64,000 bases of DNA from positions 160,001 through 224,000 of the forward strand of contig OY969927.1 of the NCBI GenBank assembly GCA_963704655.1, written 5' to 3'. A program made the translations under genes and the position numbers. Of this stretch, positions 38,769-48,208 are shown one piece after another; positions within the stretch are counted from its first letter, which is position 1; each line of letters begins with the position of its first letter. This stretch comes from an uncultured Candidatus Babeliaceae bacterium. GTDB taxonomy: Bacteria > Babelota > Babeliae > Babelales > Babelaceae. The notes below the pieces were generated by a model. It did no database searches. It worked only from the letters and a program-made list of their open reading frames with translations, and was not told the origin of the DNA.

Positions 38769-39041
38769 ATGAAAAAATTATTATTACCAGTATTACTACT
38801 AACTTTTTCAAGCTCTTTGCTTGTTGCCATGGACACATCTGCCAAAGCATAGCAAAGAAGAATCGATCAGCAAGAAGCATTGAGAAGATATAACGGTCAA
38901 TCATCAAATCAAGATTTTTTAAGTGAATATAGCGCCCCAATAGGTTCTGCAAAAAATGCTTCTGCTAGCTCGTCGGCAAGTAGCAGTCCAAATCCCAAAT
39001 GGCTTTGCCATAGCCGTAGATGCATATTGTTATTTTATTAA
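38769..39041 (+). pseudogene. Signal-peptide gene interrupted by in-frame TAG
   Basis: RBS aaggaa; MKKLLLPVLLLTFSSSLLVA|MDTSAKA then TAG at 38850-38852; frame stays open to TAA at 39041. Confidence 0.6.
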
Positions 39042-39130
39042 GTCTGTAGGGGTAAAAGTAGTAAAAAAAAGAGAAGTACGTTTAAGTTGCATTATATATT
39101 CCTCTAAGATAAGCAATTTTGTACGTTATT

Positions 39131-39228
39131 AGCCTAGCAGGCATATCTGTGCTCGTCAAACAACTAGGATTATGCTAGATTTAATCGACTTTTTTTAAAA
39201 CTATTGGGAGCCATTATGCAAAAAATAA
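39131..39228 (+). repeat. 98-bp exact direct repeat (copy 2)
   Basis: Identical to 37617-37714. Confidence 0.9.
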
Positions 39229-40229
39229 TTTTGTTCTTTTTTGGAATCCTTATTGTCCAGAATTTTTTTTTAAGGTGTGCTGAGTCTGGAAAATCAACAT
39301 ACAGCTTTCCTGCAATGGTTGGTGCATTAGCTTTTGTGGGTAAAAATATTCTGGCATCAGATAAAGACAAAGGGGTATGTTTAAAAAATTTTCAGGGAGG
39401 TATTCTGCGCGAATATTCTCACGGCGACATGCGCCCAGCAAGAAATCTAGTTGTATCGCATGATGAAGCGCTCATGGCCTCATCAATTAATGATGTTATT
39501 ACAATTTCAGATACTCAGACAGGGCAATGTTTACAGAAAATTAAGGAGACAGCTGAGCGCTATGATTTACATAGAATCTGTATGAGCCATGATAAAAATA
39601 TTATTACTGCTAATAATCATAAAGAGTTGTGTGCAGTAGATATGAGATCTGGAGATATTATTGCCAGCTATTCGCCAGAAAGGGGGCAACAATTTTTTGC
39701 TGACCATGCTTTAAGTCCGTCAGGAAATGAGGTCATATTTATTGAATATCATCGTGGTAATAATTTAGTGTGCGCATGGGATTTGAAAGCGAGCCCTCGT
39801 TTGCGTATACATCAACGTGATTTTGGTATATGGCATATGCATGAACCTATGGTATTATCTCTTGATTATAGTCCAGATGGTAAACAGGTGCTTGTAGGCA
39901 ATTGGGGCAATCCCCATACCATTGATGTTTTGGATTCGGTAGATGATTATCGCAAAGCGAAAATGTTTACTCTCGTTGATAATTCCCAAGGAGGTCGCTC
40001 AACCTACGTTCGATATAATTATGATGGTGATAGGTTTGTTGCAGCGGTAAATCCTAATAATCTTTTTGTCATGGATCCGCAAGCTGGTGATGTTAAGTAT
40101 TCTTTGAAAGCAGAAGGAGAAATCCTTAACCATTTTATGATTCCCTGTTTTGGTAAAGACTTGCTTGCGGCCATTTCAGAATCTGGGATTGTGCACATAT
40201 GGGATCTTGCAAAAAAATCTGATAATTAA
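39216..40229 (+). CDS. Exported WD40-like beta-propeller protein, paralog 2
   Basis: ISDTQTGQCLQKI, SLDYSPDGK, VHIWDL; shares both ends with paralog 1. Confidence 0.8.
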   Translation: MQKIILFFFGILIVQNFFLRCAESGKSTYSFPAMVGALAFVGKNILASDKDKGVCLKNFQGGILREYSHGDMRPARNLVVSHDEALMASSINDVITISDTQTGQCLQKIKETAERYDLHRICMSHDKNIITANNHKELCAVDMRSGDIIASYSPERGQQFFADHALSPSGNEVIFIEYHRGNNLVCAWDLKASPRLRIHQRDFGIWHMHEPMVLSLDYSPDGKQVLVGNWGNPHTIDVLDSVDDYRKAKMFTLVDNSQGGRSTYVRYNYDGDRFVAAVNPNNLFVMDPQAGDVKYSLKAEGEILNHFMIPCFGKDLLAAISESGIVHIWDLAKKSDN

Positions 40230-40303
40230 AAACCATGTATCTTTATATATAAAAAAGTTATAGTAAATGCAGATATATTGGTATAAAACAAGAAGATTTT
40301 AAG

Positions 40304-42625
40304 ATGAAATTTATTAGATTTTTCAAAGATATTACTCTTGATGATGTTGCTCAAGTCGGCGGAAAAAATGCCGCACTTGGACAAATGATTCGCGATATTT
40401 CAGATAAGGTTAGAATTCCAAACGGTTTTGCTATTACGGTTGATGCGTATCGTTATTTTTTACAATCTGCTGGTATTGTGCCCAAAAGTGATGCACCGCA
40501 TCGAGATGCTATGCATATGCGTGCTGCAATAATTGCAGCACAATTTCCTGACGATCTTAAAAAAGAAATAACACAAGCATATAAAGATCTTGGTGCAGAT
40601 TCAGTTGCCGTGCGTTCGTCAGCAACTGCAGAAGATTCTGCAACGGCATCGTTTGCCGGCCAGCAAGAAAGTTTTTTGCATATTAATAGTTCTGATGAAT
40701 TGTTAGATGCCGTTAAAAAATGTATGGCGTCATTATTTACTGACCGCGCAGTAGCCTATCGTCGTGAAAAAAATATTCACGAAGCTGATATCGGCATCTC
40801 TATTGGTGTTCAAAAAATGGTTAATTCTGATGCTGCAACTTCTGGTGTTATGTTTACCCTTGAAACAGAAAGTGGTCACCCAGGATTTATTACCATTAAT
40901 GCGTCATACGGCCTTGGTGAAACGGTTGTTGGTGGCACGGTAAATCCTGATGAATTTATGGTTCATAAACAAAAGTTGCGTGATGGGTATAAGCCGTTAG
41001 TAAAAAAAACGTGTGGTGATAAACAGATAAAAGCGCAGTACAATGTAATAAAAAAATGTGTAGAAATAATTCATGTAGATAAAGATCTGCAAAAGAGATT
41101 TTGTTTGACTGATCAAGAAATATTTGAACTTGCTCAGTATGGTTTAATAATCGAAGATTATTTTTCAGCCCGTCATGCTGTGTGGGCGCCTATGGATATA
41201 GAATGGGCCCAAGATAGTATCGATAAAAAATTATACATTGTGCAAGCCCGTCCAGAAACGGTGCATGTGCATCAAAATAAAAATCGGTTACAGTTGTATA
41301 CCCTTTCTGCACCAGAAAAACCAGAGGTGATTCTTGCCGGTTTAAGTATCGGGCGCAAAATCGCTTCGGGAAACGTTGTTATTTTGGAATCTCCAGCAAA
41401 TGCAGCTGCATTTAAAGATGGCGATATTTTAGTTACGCACATGACCGATCCAGATTGGGTGCCGATCATGAAAAAAGCGGCTGCCATTATTACCGACCGC
41501 GGCGGCAGAACGTGCCATGCTGCAATTGTTGCGCGTGAGCTTGGTGTGCCGGCGGTTGTGGGAACACAAGATGGTACTAAGATACTCAAAAATGGTCAGC
41601 AGGTAACGGTTGATTGCAGTCAAGGTGCCCAAGGTTTTATTTATGCGGGAAAAATTTCTTTTAAGGTGCAAGAATATAATGTCGATGCAAAAAAATTGCC
41701 TGTCGAATTATTAGTGAATATTGCAAACCCAGACCGCGCATGTGAAGTTTCATTATTGCCTATTTCCGGTGCAGGCTTAGTTCGTTTAGAATTTATTATT
41801 GCTCAGCGTATCGGTATGCACCCAATGGCTGTTTTGTTTCCAGAAAAAGTGGATGCTTCTGACTTTAAAAAGCGGGCACAAGCGGTTACTGCTACGTATG
41901 GTTCATTAGAAAATTTTTATAGTGAAGTTTTATCGCAAGAGATTGGGCTAATCGCTGCGGCGCTCTATCCGCGTCCGGTTATTGTTCGTTTAACCGACTT
42001 TAAAACGAATGAATATCGTGATTTATTAGGCGGTTCTGTCTTTGAGCCCCATGAAGAAAACCCTATGCTTGGTTTTCGTGGTGCATCTCGTTACTGCGAC
42101 CCGCTGTATGCTCCTGCATTTGAATTAGAGTGTAAAGCGCTTAAGGCTGTGCGTGAGCAGATGGGCTTTGATAACATGATTATCATGGTGCCCTTTGTTC
42201 GTACTATTGGCGAAGCACAAGCAACGTTACAGGTTCTTGCCAAAAATGGCCTAGAGCATGGCAAAGATGGCTTAAAGATTTATTTAATGGTCGAGATCCC
42301 AGCAAATGTAATTTTGTTTGAACAGTTTGCAGAATATTTTGATGGTTTTTCCATTGGCTCGAACGATTTAACCCAGCTTACGCTTGGCGTTGATCGTGAT
42401 TCTGGCATTTTGCATAATCTGTTTAATGAAAATGACCCAGCAGTTAAGGCGCTTATCTGTCAGGCGATTAGTAATGCGCATAAAACGGGCAAGCATATTA
42501 GCATTTGTGGCCAGGCTCCTTCTGATTATCCAGAATTTGCCGCATGGTTAATTGAGCAAAAAATCGATGCGCTATCTTTAAATCCCGATGCAATTTTGCC
42601 CTTTATTCTGAATTATAAAAACTAG
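40304..42625 (+). CDS. ppsA: Phosphoenolpyruvate synthase
   Basis: VGGKNA, VAVRSSATAED, FAGQQE, GGRTCHAAI, EENPMLGFRGA, SIGSNDLTQ. Confidence 0.96.
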   Translation: MKFIRFFKDITLDDVAQVGGKNAALGQMIRDISDKVRIPNGFAITVDAYRYFLQSAGIVPKSDAPHRDAMHMRAAIIAAQFPDDLKKEITQAYKDLGADSVAVRSSATAEDSATASFAGQQESFLHINSSDELLDAVKKCMASLFTDRAVAYRREKNIHEADIGISIGVQKMVNSDAATSGVMFTLETESGHPGFITINASYGLGETVVGGTVNPDEFMVHKQKLRDGYKPLVKKTCGDKQIKAQYNVIKKCVEIIHVDKDLQKRFCLTDQEIFELAQYGLIIEDYFSARHAVWAPMDIEWAQDSIDKKLYIVQARPETVHVHQNKNRLQLYTLSAPEKPEVILAGLSIGRKIASGNVVILESPANAAAFKDGDILVTHMTDPDWVPIMKKAAAIITDRGGRTCHAAIVARELGVPAVVGTQDGTKILKNGQQVTVDCSQGAQGFIYAGKISFKVQEYNVDAKKLPVELLVNIANPDRACEVSLLPISGAGLVRLEFIIAQRIGMHPMAVLFPEKVDASDFKKRAQAVTATYGSLENFYSEVLSQEIGLIAAALYPRPVIVRLTDFKTNEYRDLLGGSVFEPHEENPMLGFRGASRYCDPLYAPAFELECKALKAVREQMGFDNMIIMVPFVRTIGEAQATLQVLAKNGLEHGKDGLKIYLMVEIPANVILFEQFAEYFDGFSIGSNDLTQLTLGVDRDSGILHNLFNENDPAVKALICQAISNAHKTGKHISICGQAPSDYPEFAAWLIEQKIDALSLNPDAILPFILNYKN

Positions 42626-42632
42626 TTATATT

Positions 42633-42662
42633 AAAAAAGGCGCCTTTTAAAGCGCCTTTTTT
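42633..42662. terminator. Bidirectional terminator
   Basis: aaaaaaggcgc...gcgcctttttt between convergent genes. Confidence 0.85.
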
Positions 42663-42714
42663 AATGTGCATAAATTTTTATAATCTTACTGGTGCGTTCG
42701 CAAAGCTCGACGCA

Positions 42715-43332
42715 CTATTTTTCATCAAAGAAGAATTTAAATGCAAACGCAGCTAAAGCACCGCCAGCAAGTGCACCACCAACGTACATGCCAAGATCTT
42801 GCCATACAATTGCTGAGCCATTGAGTAATGCAAAAAGATTTACACCAAGTGCAATTGCAGGGTTAAAAAGGCCGCCACTGGTGGTTGCGCCAATTGAAGC
42901 AAGTGCAGGGATAGAAAAGCCAATTGCAAACCCAAAGATATGGCTTGCTTTGAATTTTTCTGATGTAGAAACAACAAGAACAACAAATGCTAAGACAAAT
43001 GCAAGAAGAGTTTCAACAAGAAAAGCTTGTAATAATGGAACTGCTGGAGCAGGGATAATAATCTCTGAACCTAAAAATGCTGCTGCTGCAAACGCTAAAA
43101 ATCCACCAATAACTTGTGCTGCCATGTACCATGCAATATGGATTGATGTTGAATGGCTGCGTAATGCAACAGCAAGTGTTACAGCAGGGTTATAATGCGC
43201 ACCTGATACATAACCACCGATATATACCCATGCCATCAACATTGCAGCTATTGCAAATGGATTGCCTGTTACCACTATAGTGAGCACAAAAAAGAACGTA
43301 CCTAGAAGTTCCATTAATGTTTTTTTCATCAT
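42715..43332 (-). CDS. Aquaporin (MIP family)
   Basis: ELLGTF, SGAHYNPAVT, GGLFNPA. Confidence 0.93.
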   Translation of the reverse strand: MMKKTLMELLGTFFFVLTIVVTGNPFAIAAMLMAWVYIGGYVSGAHYNPAVTLAVALRSHSTSIHIAWYMAAQVIGGFLAFAAAAFLGSEIIIPAPAVPLLQAFLVETLLAFVLAFVVLVVSTSEKFKASHIFGFAIGFSIPALASIGATTSGGLFNPAIALGVNLFALLNGSAIVWQDLGMYVGGALAGGALAAFAFKFFFDEK

Positions 43333-43493
43333 TACTCCTTATGAAAAAATAGAAAAAATATATCACAAAAAAAATACTGAGTATTTACACTCAGTATTTT
43401 CAATAGATACAATCTAAAATGTGCAATTTGATCAAGTCAATAGTTTTACGATCTAAAAAAATTATTTAAACTTTATAGCCTGCAATGTTTGAG

Positions 43494-43955
43494 CTAGATT
43501 TTCTTCTTGAGTAGCATGTTCTTTTTTGAATCGTGCGATTTTTCGTGCAGCTTCAACAGGTCATCTTGGTAAAAATAGATATCATCATCGTCCGGACTTT
43601 CTGCAATAATCAGTAGTTCTAGGTCATCTAGTATTTGCAGGAGTTTTTTTTGCATTGATATTTCGTGAAGTTGGTTTTGTACTTGTGCTAATCCTGCATG
43701 TGCAATATCCATTTTGCTAGAATCTTGAACAGGAGTTTCTGATGGAATGCTATCTTCAAGAGAAGTTTCTGATGGGATGCTAATTGATAAATGAAATTTA
43801 TTACGGGACTTTTTTCCCCTTTTAATTTCATTAAGTGCTGATTTTATATCTTGAAGTTGCCCGTAAGCTGGCGCAATAATTTTATTTTGATTCATGCACA
43901 GCAATGTTGCTGGCATAATACTTACTAAAAGTGCTAAAATGCCTACTTTATTCAT
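43494..43955 (-). CDS. Small exported hypothetical protein
   Basis: Likely start MNKVGILALL..LLC|MNQ at 43955; internal SIPSET duplication. Confidence 0.65.
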   Translation of the reverse strand: MNKVGILALLVSIMPATLLCMNQNKIIAPAYGQLQDIKSALNEIKRGKKSRNKFHLSISIPSETSLEDSIPSETPVQDSSKMDIAHAGLAQVQNQLHEISMQKKLLQILDDLELLIIAESPDDDDIYFYQDDLLKLHEKSHDSKKNMLLKKKI

Positions 43956-43965
43956 ACTTATCATA

Positions 43966-44304
43966 TTATTTAGTGTCAGATTCAGGAGCATTTTTGATTG
44001 CTTTAACTTCTTCAATAACTTCAGTTAATTTGCTTGGTGGTGCAACAGGAGCTTTAAGTTGTAGTTTTGCGCCTACAGGTCTTTGTACACGTCTGCGGTT
44101 AATTTCCTCATGCGCGGCTGCTAAATTTGCTAAGTCCTGGGCCCTTTTGGCATCTAAAAGTATGATGTTACCATCAATTTCAATTGTTTTGACAGGGACA
44201 AAGCCTTCAGGTAAAGTGCTCTTTGTTGATTCTTTGTTGTCCATGCAAACGATTAAAACAGGTACCATGCTTGTTAAAAGCGCTAAAATAGTTATTTTTT
44301 TCAT
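43966..44304 (-). CDS. Small exported hypothetical protein
   Basis: RBS aagga; MKKITILALL..IVC|MDN; signal similar to the neighbouring gene. Confidence 0.7.
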   Translation of the reverse strand: MKKITILALLTSMVPVLIVCMDNKESTKSTLPEGFVPVKTIEIDGNIILLDAKRAQDLANLAAAHEEINRRRVQRPVGAKLQLKAPVAPPSKLTEVIEEVKAIKNAPESDTK

Positions 44305-44404
44305 AGATTTCCTTATTTTATTCTAAACTACATTCTTAACTTATGGTCTTTAAGTGTAGCATATCTATCAAAAAAATCTATAAATATTTTCTATTTAGAT
44401 ATTT

Positions 44405-44707
44405 TTAAAAGTATTTATAGGGCATTGCTTTGCCAAATGTCGATTCAGGCGTGTTTTCGTACAAGAAACTCATGTCCGATATCTCTGTGTCGTGCTTTAC
44501 GTAATGTCTGCATTTAAAACACTTGCCTTTACGGAGTAAATGGCGCTGTTTTCGGCACGGGCAGCTGCATTCAACGTAATGCAAAGTCTTATAATCATAC
44601 CCGTCTTTGGTCTTAACATGCTTGCTATTGTCCATGCACCCAATATCGCCTAGAATAGTGCCTGCTGTTGTAAACGTTAGAAGTAGTAATATTTTTAAAT
44701 TTTTCAT
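44405..44707 (-). CDS. Small exported Cys-rich protein
   Basis: Signal peptide; C, CxCxC, CxxCxH. Confidence 0.7.
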   Translation of the reverse strand: MKNLKILLLLTFTTAGTILGDIGCMDNSKHVKTKDGYDYKTLHYVECSCPCRKQRHLLRKGKCFKCRHYVKHDTEISDMSFLYENTPESTFGKAMPYKYF

Positions 44708-44869
44708 AATTTTCTCCCCTTTTTCTTATTTTTCACCTTAAATTCAGTATAGCTCAGGCTTAAAAAATATTTCAAATACTATTTAAAATATTGCCATTAA
44801 CACTGTGTTTTGGCGCATGATTTAATGGTAGAAATAGGCAAAGAATGACCCAATGCCTTTAATGGTCGC

Positions 44870-45703
44870 ATGGTTGTTAAAAATTTTAAAAGCTTTAAAA
44901 TAATTAATAATAGAAATTATTTAAATGAAGAAAAAGATGGGGGCTGGGATATGGGTAAATTTATGAAAAAAGCCATTTTTATGGGCCTCATATGCTTATT
45001 TTCTCTTAATTTAGTGGCTAAAAAGCAAAATGTAAGAAAAATGGTACAAAGAGTACAAGATGTGCCAACGGTCAAATTTGAGGCTTTATTGCCTGAAATA
45101 AGGGCTATTGTTCAAAGTTATATTCCAGAAGGGAAATCGTTAGAGATAACGATCCATTGCGAGGGCTCATATGCCTATACCTATACTGATGATCAAGGTA
45201 TACACTATTTATGTTTAAGCGAGTTGCTTTTGAGCCATTATCAGCAAGATAAAAGCCATCCTTTTGTGATTGTTTCTCTTTTTCATGAAATGTGTCATAT
45301 TCGCTTCAACCATTCTAAACAGCGTGCAGCCTTAGAAAAATACAGATTTGCTAGCCAAGAGTTTGTAAAAAATGAGACGAAGAAGATTTTTACCCAGGAT
45401 CAGGGGAATTTTTTATCGTTCTCTGCAACCATTATTTCGTTGAGTACCTTTTCACTCTATAACGCATTAGAATATGCATACGAAATGTACTTTAAGCGTC
45501 AGCAAGAATTCCAAGCAGATCAGTTTGCTTTTGAGCATGCAGATACAGAAATTTTGATAAATTTTATCGAAACATTTAAGCGTTACCGTAACGATATTAA
45601 ACATTATGTTCAATCGATTATCCACTCGCCTATTCATCCAACCATGCACGATCAATGTAACATGGCGCTTGCAGAATTAAGAAAACGAAGCGTAAAAATC
45701 TAA
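44870..45703 (+). CDS. M48/M56-like zinc metalloprotease
   Basis: HEMCH, QEFQADQFA, IHP; true start probably 44951 or 44963. Confidence 0.7.
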   Translation: MVVKNFKSFKIINNRNYLNEEKDGGWDMGKFMKKAIFMGLICLFSLNLVAKKQNVRKMVQRVQDVPTVKFEALLPEIRAIVQSYIPEGKSLEITIHCEGSYAYTYTDDQGIHYLCLSELLLSHYQQDKSHPFVIVSLFHEMCHIRFNHSKQRAALEKYRFASQEFVKNETKKIFTQDQGNFLSFSATIISLSTFSLYNALEYAYEMYFKRQQEFQADQFAFEHADTEILINFIETFKRYRNDIKHYVQSIIHSPIHPTMHDQCNMALAELRKRSVKI

Positions 45704-45717
45704 ATATAATTCCCATA

Positions 45718-45780
45718 TGGTTCGATACATCCATCTTCGCCAAGGCTGGTGCGAAACGCACTATTTTGGCGGACAGGCCG
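45718..45780 (+). repeat. Nested REP element
   Basis: tggttcgatacatccatcttcgccaaggct...ggcggacaggcc. Confidence 0.7.
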
Positions 45781-45782
45781 TT

Positions 45783-46697
45783 TTATAATAAAATCTTTTT
45801 GTGCTCATTCGATTCAGGCATATAAAAGTTGCCACTATGCTGCTGAATCAGCTGCATAATGTCTTCTTTGTATATGGGGTCTTGTAAGCCAAGATCGACT
45901 ACCGTTTTGAGCCAACCGCGAGGCGTGCCGACATCATAACGGGTGCCTTCGATTTTATAGGCAAAGACTTTTTCATTATGCTGAAGCATGTGTGAAATGG
46001 CGTCGGTTAATTGTAATTCTTGCGTAGCATAGCCGCTAATCTCTTCAAGTGATGCAAATATTTTATGTGAAACAACGTATCTGCCAACAATGGCAAGGTT
46101 AGATGGTGCATCTTTAATAGAGGGTTTTTCGATTAAAGAATCGACATGGAATAAGTTAGGGGTTATCTGTTTTTTTATGCGCACAATGCCGTAGTTACTT
46201 ACTTGGTCGTGCGGGACTTCTTGTACTGCAATAACGGTAGATTTTTCTTGGCGCGCTATACGAATAAGTTGCTCTAATGCGGGGCGCTTATTAATGATAA
46301 TATCATCAGGTAATGCTATACCAAAATATTCTTTTCCTAAAAAGGGCTTTGCCATTAATACCGCGTGGCCAAGGCCGAGTGGTTCAGATTGGCGAATATA
46401 AGAAAAATGCGCTGATTTAATAATTTGATTAATTCCTTTAAGATCGGCAAGTTTATTTTTATCTTGTAAAAAAGTATCGAGTTCAGGATTAGAATCAAAG
46501 TAGTTGCCAATCAGCTCTTTGCTGCGATTGGTGATGAATAAAACATGCTCTATGCCAGAATTTATCGCCTCTTCAACGCTATAATGAATAGCAGGTTTAC
46601 CAAGTATAGGGAGCATCTCTTTGGGTATTGTCTTTGTATAGGGTAAAAAGCGTGTACCTAATCCTGCTGCTGGAATTACTACCTTAGTGATTTCCAT
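45783..46697 (-). CDS. galU: UTP--glucose-1-phosphate uridylyltransferase
   Basis: KVVIPAAGLGTRFLP.TK.IPKEMLP, QSEPLGLGHA, LPDD, IEKP, LTDAI; start at MEIT. Confidence 0.95.
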   Translation of the reverse strand: MEITKVVIPAAGLGTRFLPYTKTIPKEMLPILGKPAIHYSVEEAINSGIEHVLFITNRSKELIGNYFDSNPELDTFLQDKNKLADLKGINQIIKSAHFSYIRQSEPLGLGHAVLMAKPFLGKEYFGIALPDDIIINKRPALEQLIRIARQEKSTVIAVQEVPHDQVSNYGIVRIKKQITPNLFHVDSLIEKPSIKDAPSNLAIVGRYVVSHKIFASLEEISGYATQELQLTDAISHMLQHNEKVFAYKIEGTRYDVGTPRGWLKTVVDLGLQDPIYKEDIMQLIQQHSGNFYMPESNEHKKILL

Positions 46698-46746
46698 ATA
46701 CTTGCCCTTTTTGGTGCACTTAAAGCGCACTATTGTGTGAAGAAAA

Positions 46747-47790
46747 TTAAAACTGTTTTAAAAACTCAATTTTTCCACTATGAAAAAGTCGGATATCATT
46801 AATGCCATACAGCAGCATTGCTAGTCGTTCAATACCAATTCCCCATGCACAACCTGAATATACACTCGGATCGATGCCGCATGCTTTCAGTGTTGCTGGG
46901 TGCACTAACCCTGAACCGCCCATTTCAATCCATTGTGTCTTTTTACATAATGCGCAACCAGTCTTGCAGAAAATGCAGGAAATATCAACTTCAAGTCCCG
47001 GTTCAACAAAGGGAAAATAACTTGGTCGAAGACGAATTGAAAGATCATTTTTTTCAAATAACTTACGCATAAAGACTTTAAGTAATGAACAAAGATGCGT
47101 AAGAGATATGTTTTTATCAATTAAAAGCCCTTCGCATTGCATGAACATAAAGTCATGCGTAGCATCAGTTGCCTCGTGCCTAAAAACGCGCCCTGGGGTG
47201 AAAACTGCTAGCGGAGGTTGCTGGGTCTTCATGGTATGTATCTGAACAGAAGATGTATGTGTGCGGAGTAAAAGTTCTGGCGTTGTCAGCCAAAAGGTGT
47301 CTTGCATATCACGTGCAGGGTGATCAGCAGGAATATTAAGCGCTTCAAAATTATACCATTCAGTTTCAACTTCTGGCCCTTGTGCATAGGCAAAGCCCAT
47401 GGAAGTAAAGATATCTTCAATATGCTCGATAATATGCGTATACGGATGCAGCGAGCCGCTTGGTTTTTCTAATGTGCTTGGCACATGCGCTGTGACATCA
47501 AAATGCTTTTGTTTATCAAGTTCTTGGGCAAGTGCTTGTGCTAAAAGTTTTTGCTGATGCGCATATAATTCTTGGGTAATAATTTGTTGGAGTTCTTGTA
47601 CTTGGGGACCAAATGCGCGCTTTTCTTCAAGCGGCATGGTTTTAAGCTGAGCCATCAGCTCATTAATGTGTCCGTTTCTGCCTAAATAGGCAACACGAAT
47701 TGCATCAAGTTGTTGATCTGTAGATGCTTGTGCAAGCTCTTGGCGCCACGTTTCTAATATTTGTAAAAGAGATGTATCTATAATTTTCAT
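46747..47790 (-). CDS. pheS: Phenylalanine--tRNA ligase alpha subunit
   Basis: NFEALNIPADHPARDMQDTF, LRTHTS, FPFVEPG, GIERLAML. Confidence 0.97.
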   Translation of the reverse strand: MKIIDTSLLQILETWRQELAQASTDQQLDAIRVAYLGRNGHINELMAQLKTMPLEEKRAFGPQVQELQQIITQELYAHQQKLLAQALAQELDKQKHFDVTAHVPSTLEKPSGSLHPYTHIIEHIEDIFTSMGFAYAQGPEVETEWYNFEALNIPADHPARDMQDTFWLTTPELLLRTHTSSVQIHTMKTQQPPLAVFTPGRVFRHEATDATHDFMFMQCEGLLIDKNISLTHLCSLLKVFMRKLFEKNDLSIRLRPSYFPFVEPGLEVDISCIFCKTGCALCKKTQWIEMGGSGLVHPATLKACGIDPSVYSGCAWGIGIERLAMLLYGINDIRLFHSGKIEFLKQF

Positions 47791-47920
47791 GGTGTATACT
47801 AAGGTTAGAATAGTTTATTGTAGCTTAGCAGACAAAAAATTCTGTAGCAAACTACTTATAAAAAGTTGACAAAACTGCTCAAAAAGTTACTATTAATCTA
47901 ACTTTCTTTAAAATATCAAT

Positions 47921-47995
47921 GCCGGGGTAGCTCAGTGGTAGAGCGAGAGCCTGAAGAGCTCTGCGTCGATGGTTCAATTCCGTCTCCCGGCACCA
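47921..47995 (+). tRNA. tRNA-Phe(GAA)
   Basis: gccgggg/tcccggc stem, loop ctgaaga, gttcaattc, CCA. Confidence 0.96.
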
Positions 47996-47996
47996 T

Positions 47997-48029
47997 CTTG
48001 CGCTCCTTCGGAGCTACAGATGGCAGGCC
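47997..48029 (+). repeat. REP-like element, family C, abutting tRNA-Phe 3' end
   Basis: cttgcgctccttcggagctacagatggcaggcc; shares ctacagatggcaggcc with 6093-6108. Confidence 0.75.
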
Positions 48030-48208
48030 ACAGGCCATCACTTCCCTTTCTCTAACAATTATTTTTTGCAGTTCTAATATTCAAAAGCTATTAAGCGTTT
48101 CTTTAAGTTTTTATTTTCATTTTTTAAAACACTTTCAATTCTTGTTGTGCTATAGTATGGTTGAAAACGATGAGTAGTGATAATGCTGATGGAGAAAAGG
48201 TTTGAGTA

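Noticed and set aside
38850-38852. Stop-codon reassignment (TAG)
   Set aside because: Several genes here end at TAG and RF1 is intact; this is a single event
42692-43195. 167-aa plus-strand ORF
   Set aside because: Antisense shadow of the aquaporin gene
47935-48177. 80-aa ORF
   Set aside because: Overlaps tRNA-Phe and a REP
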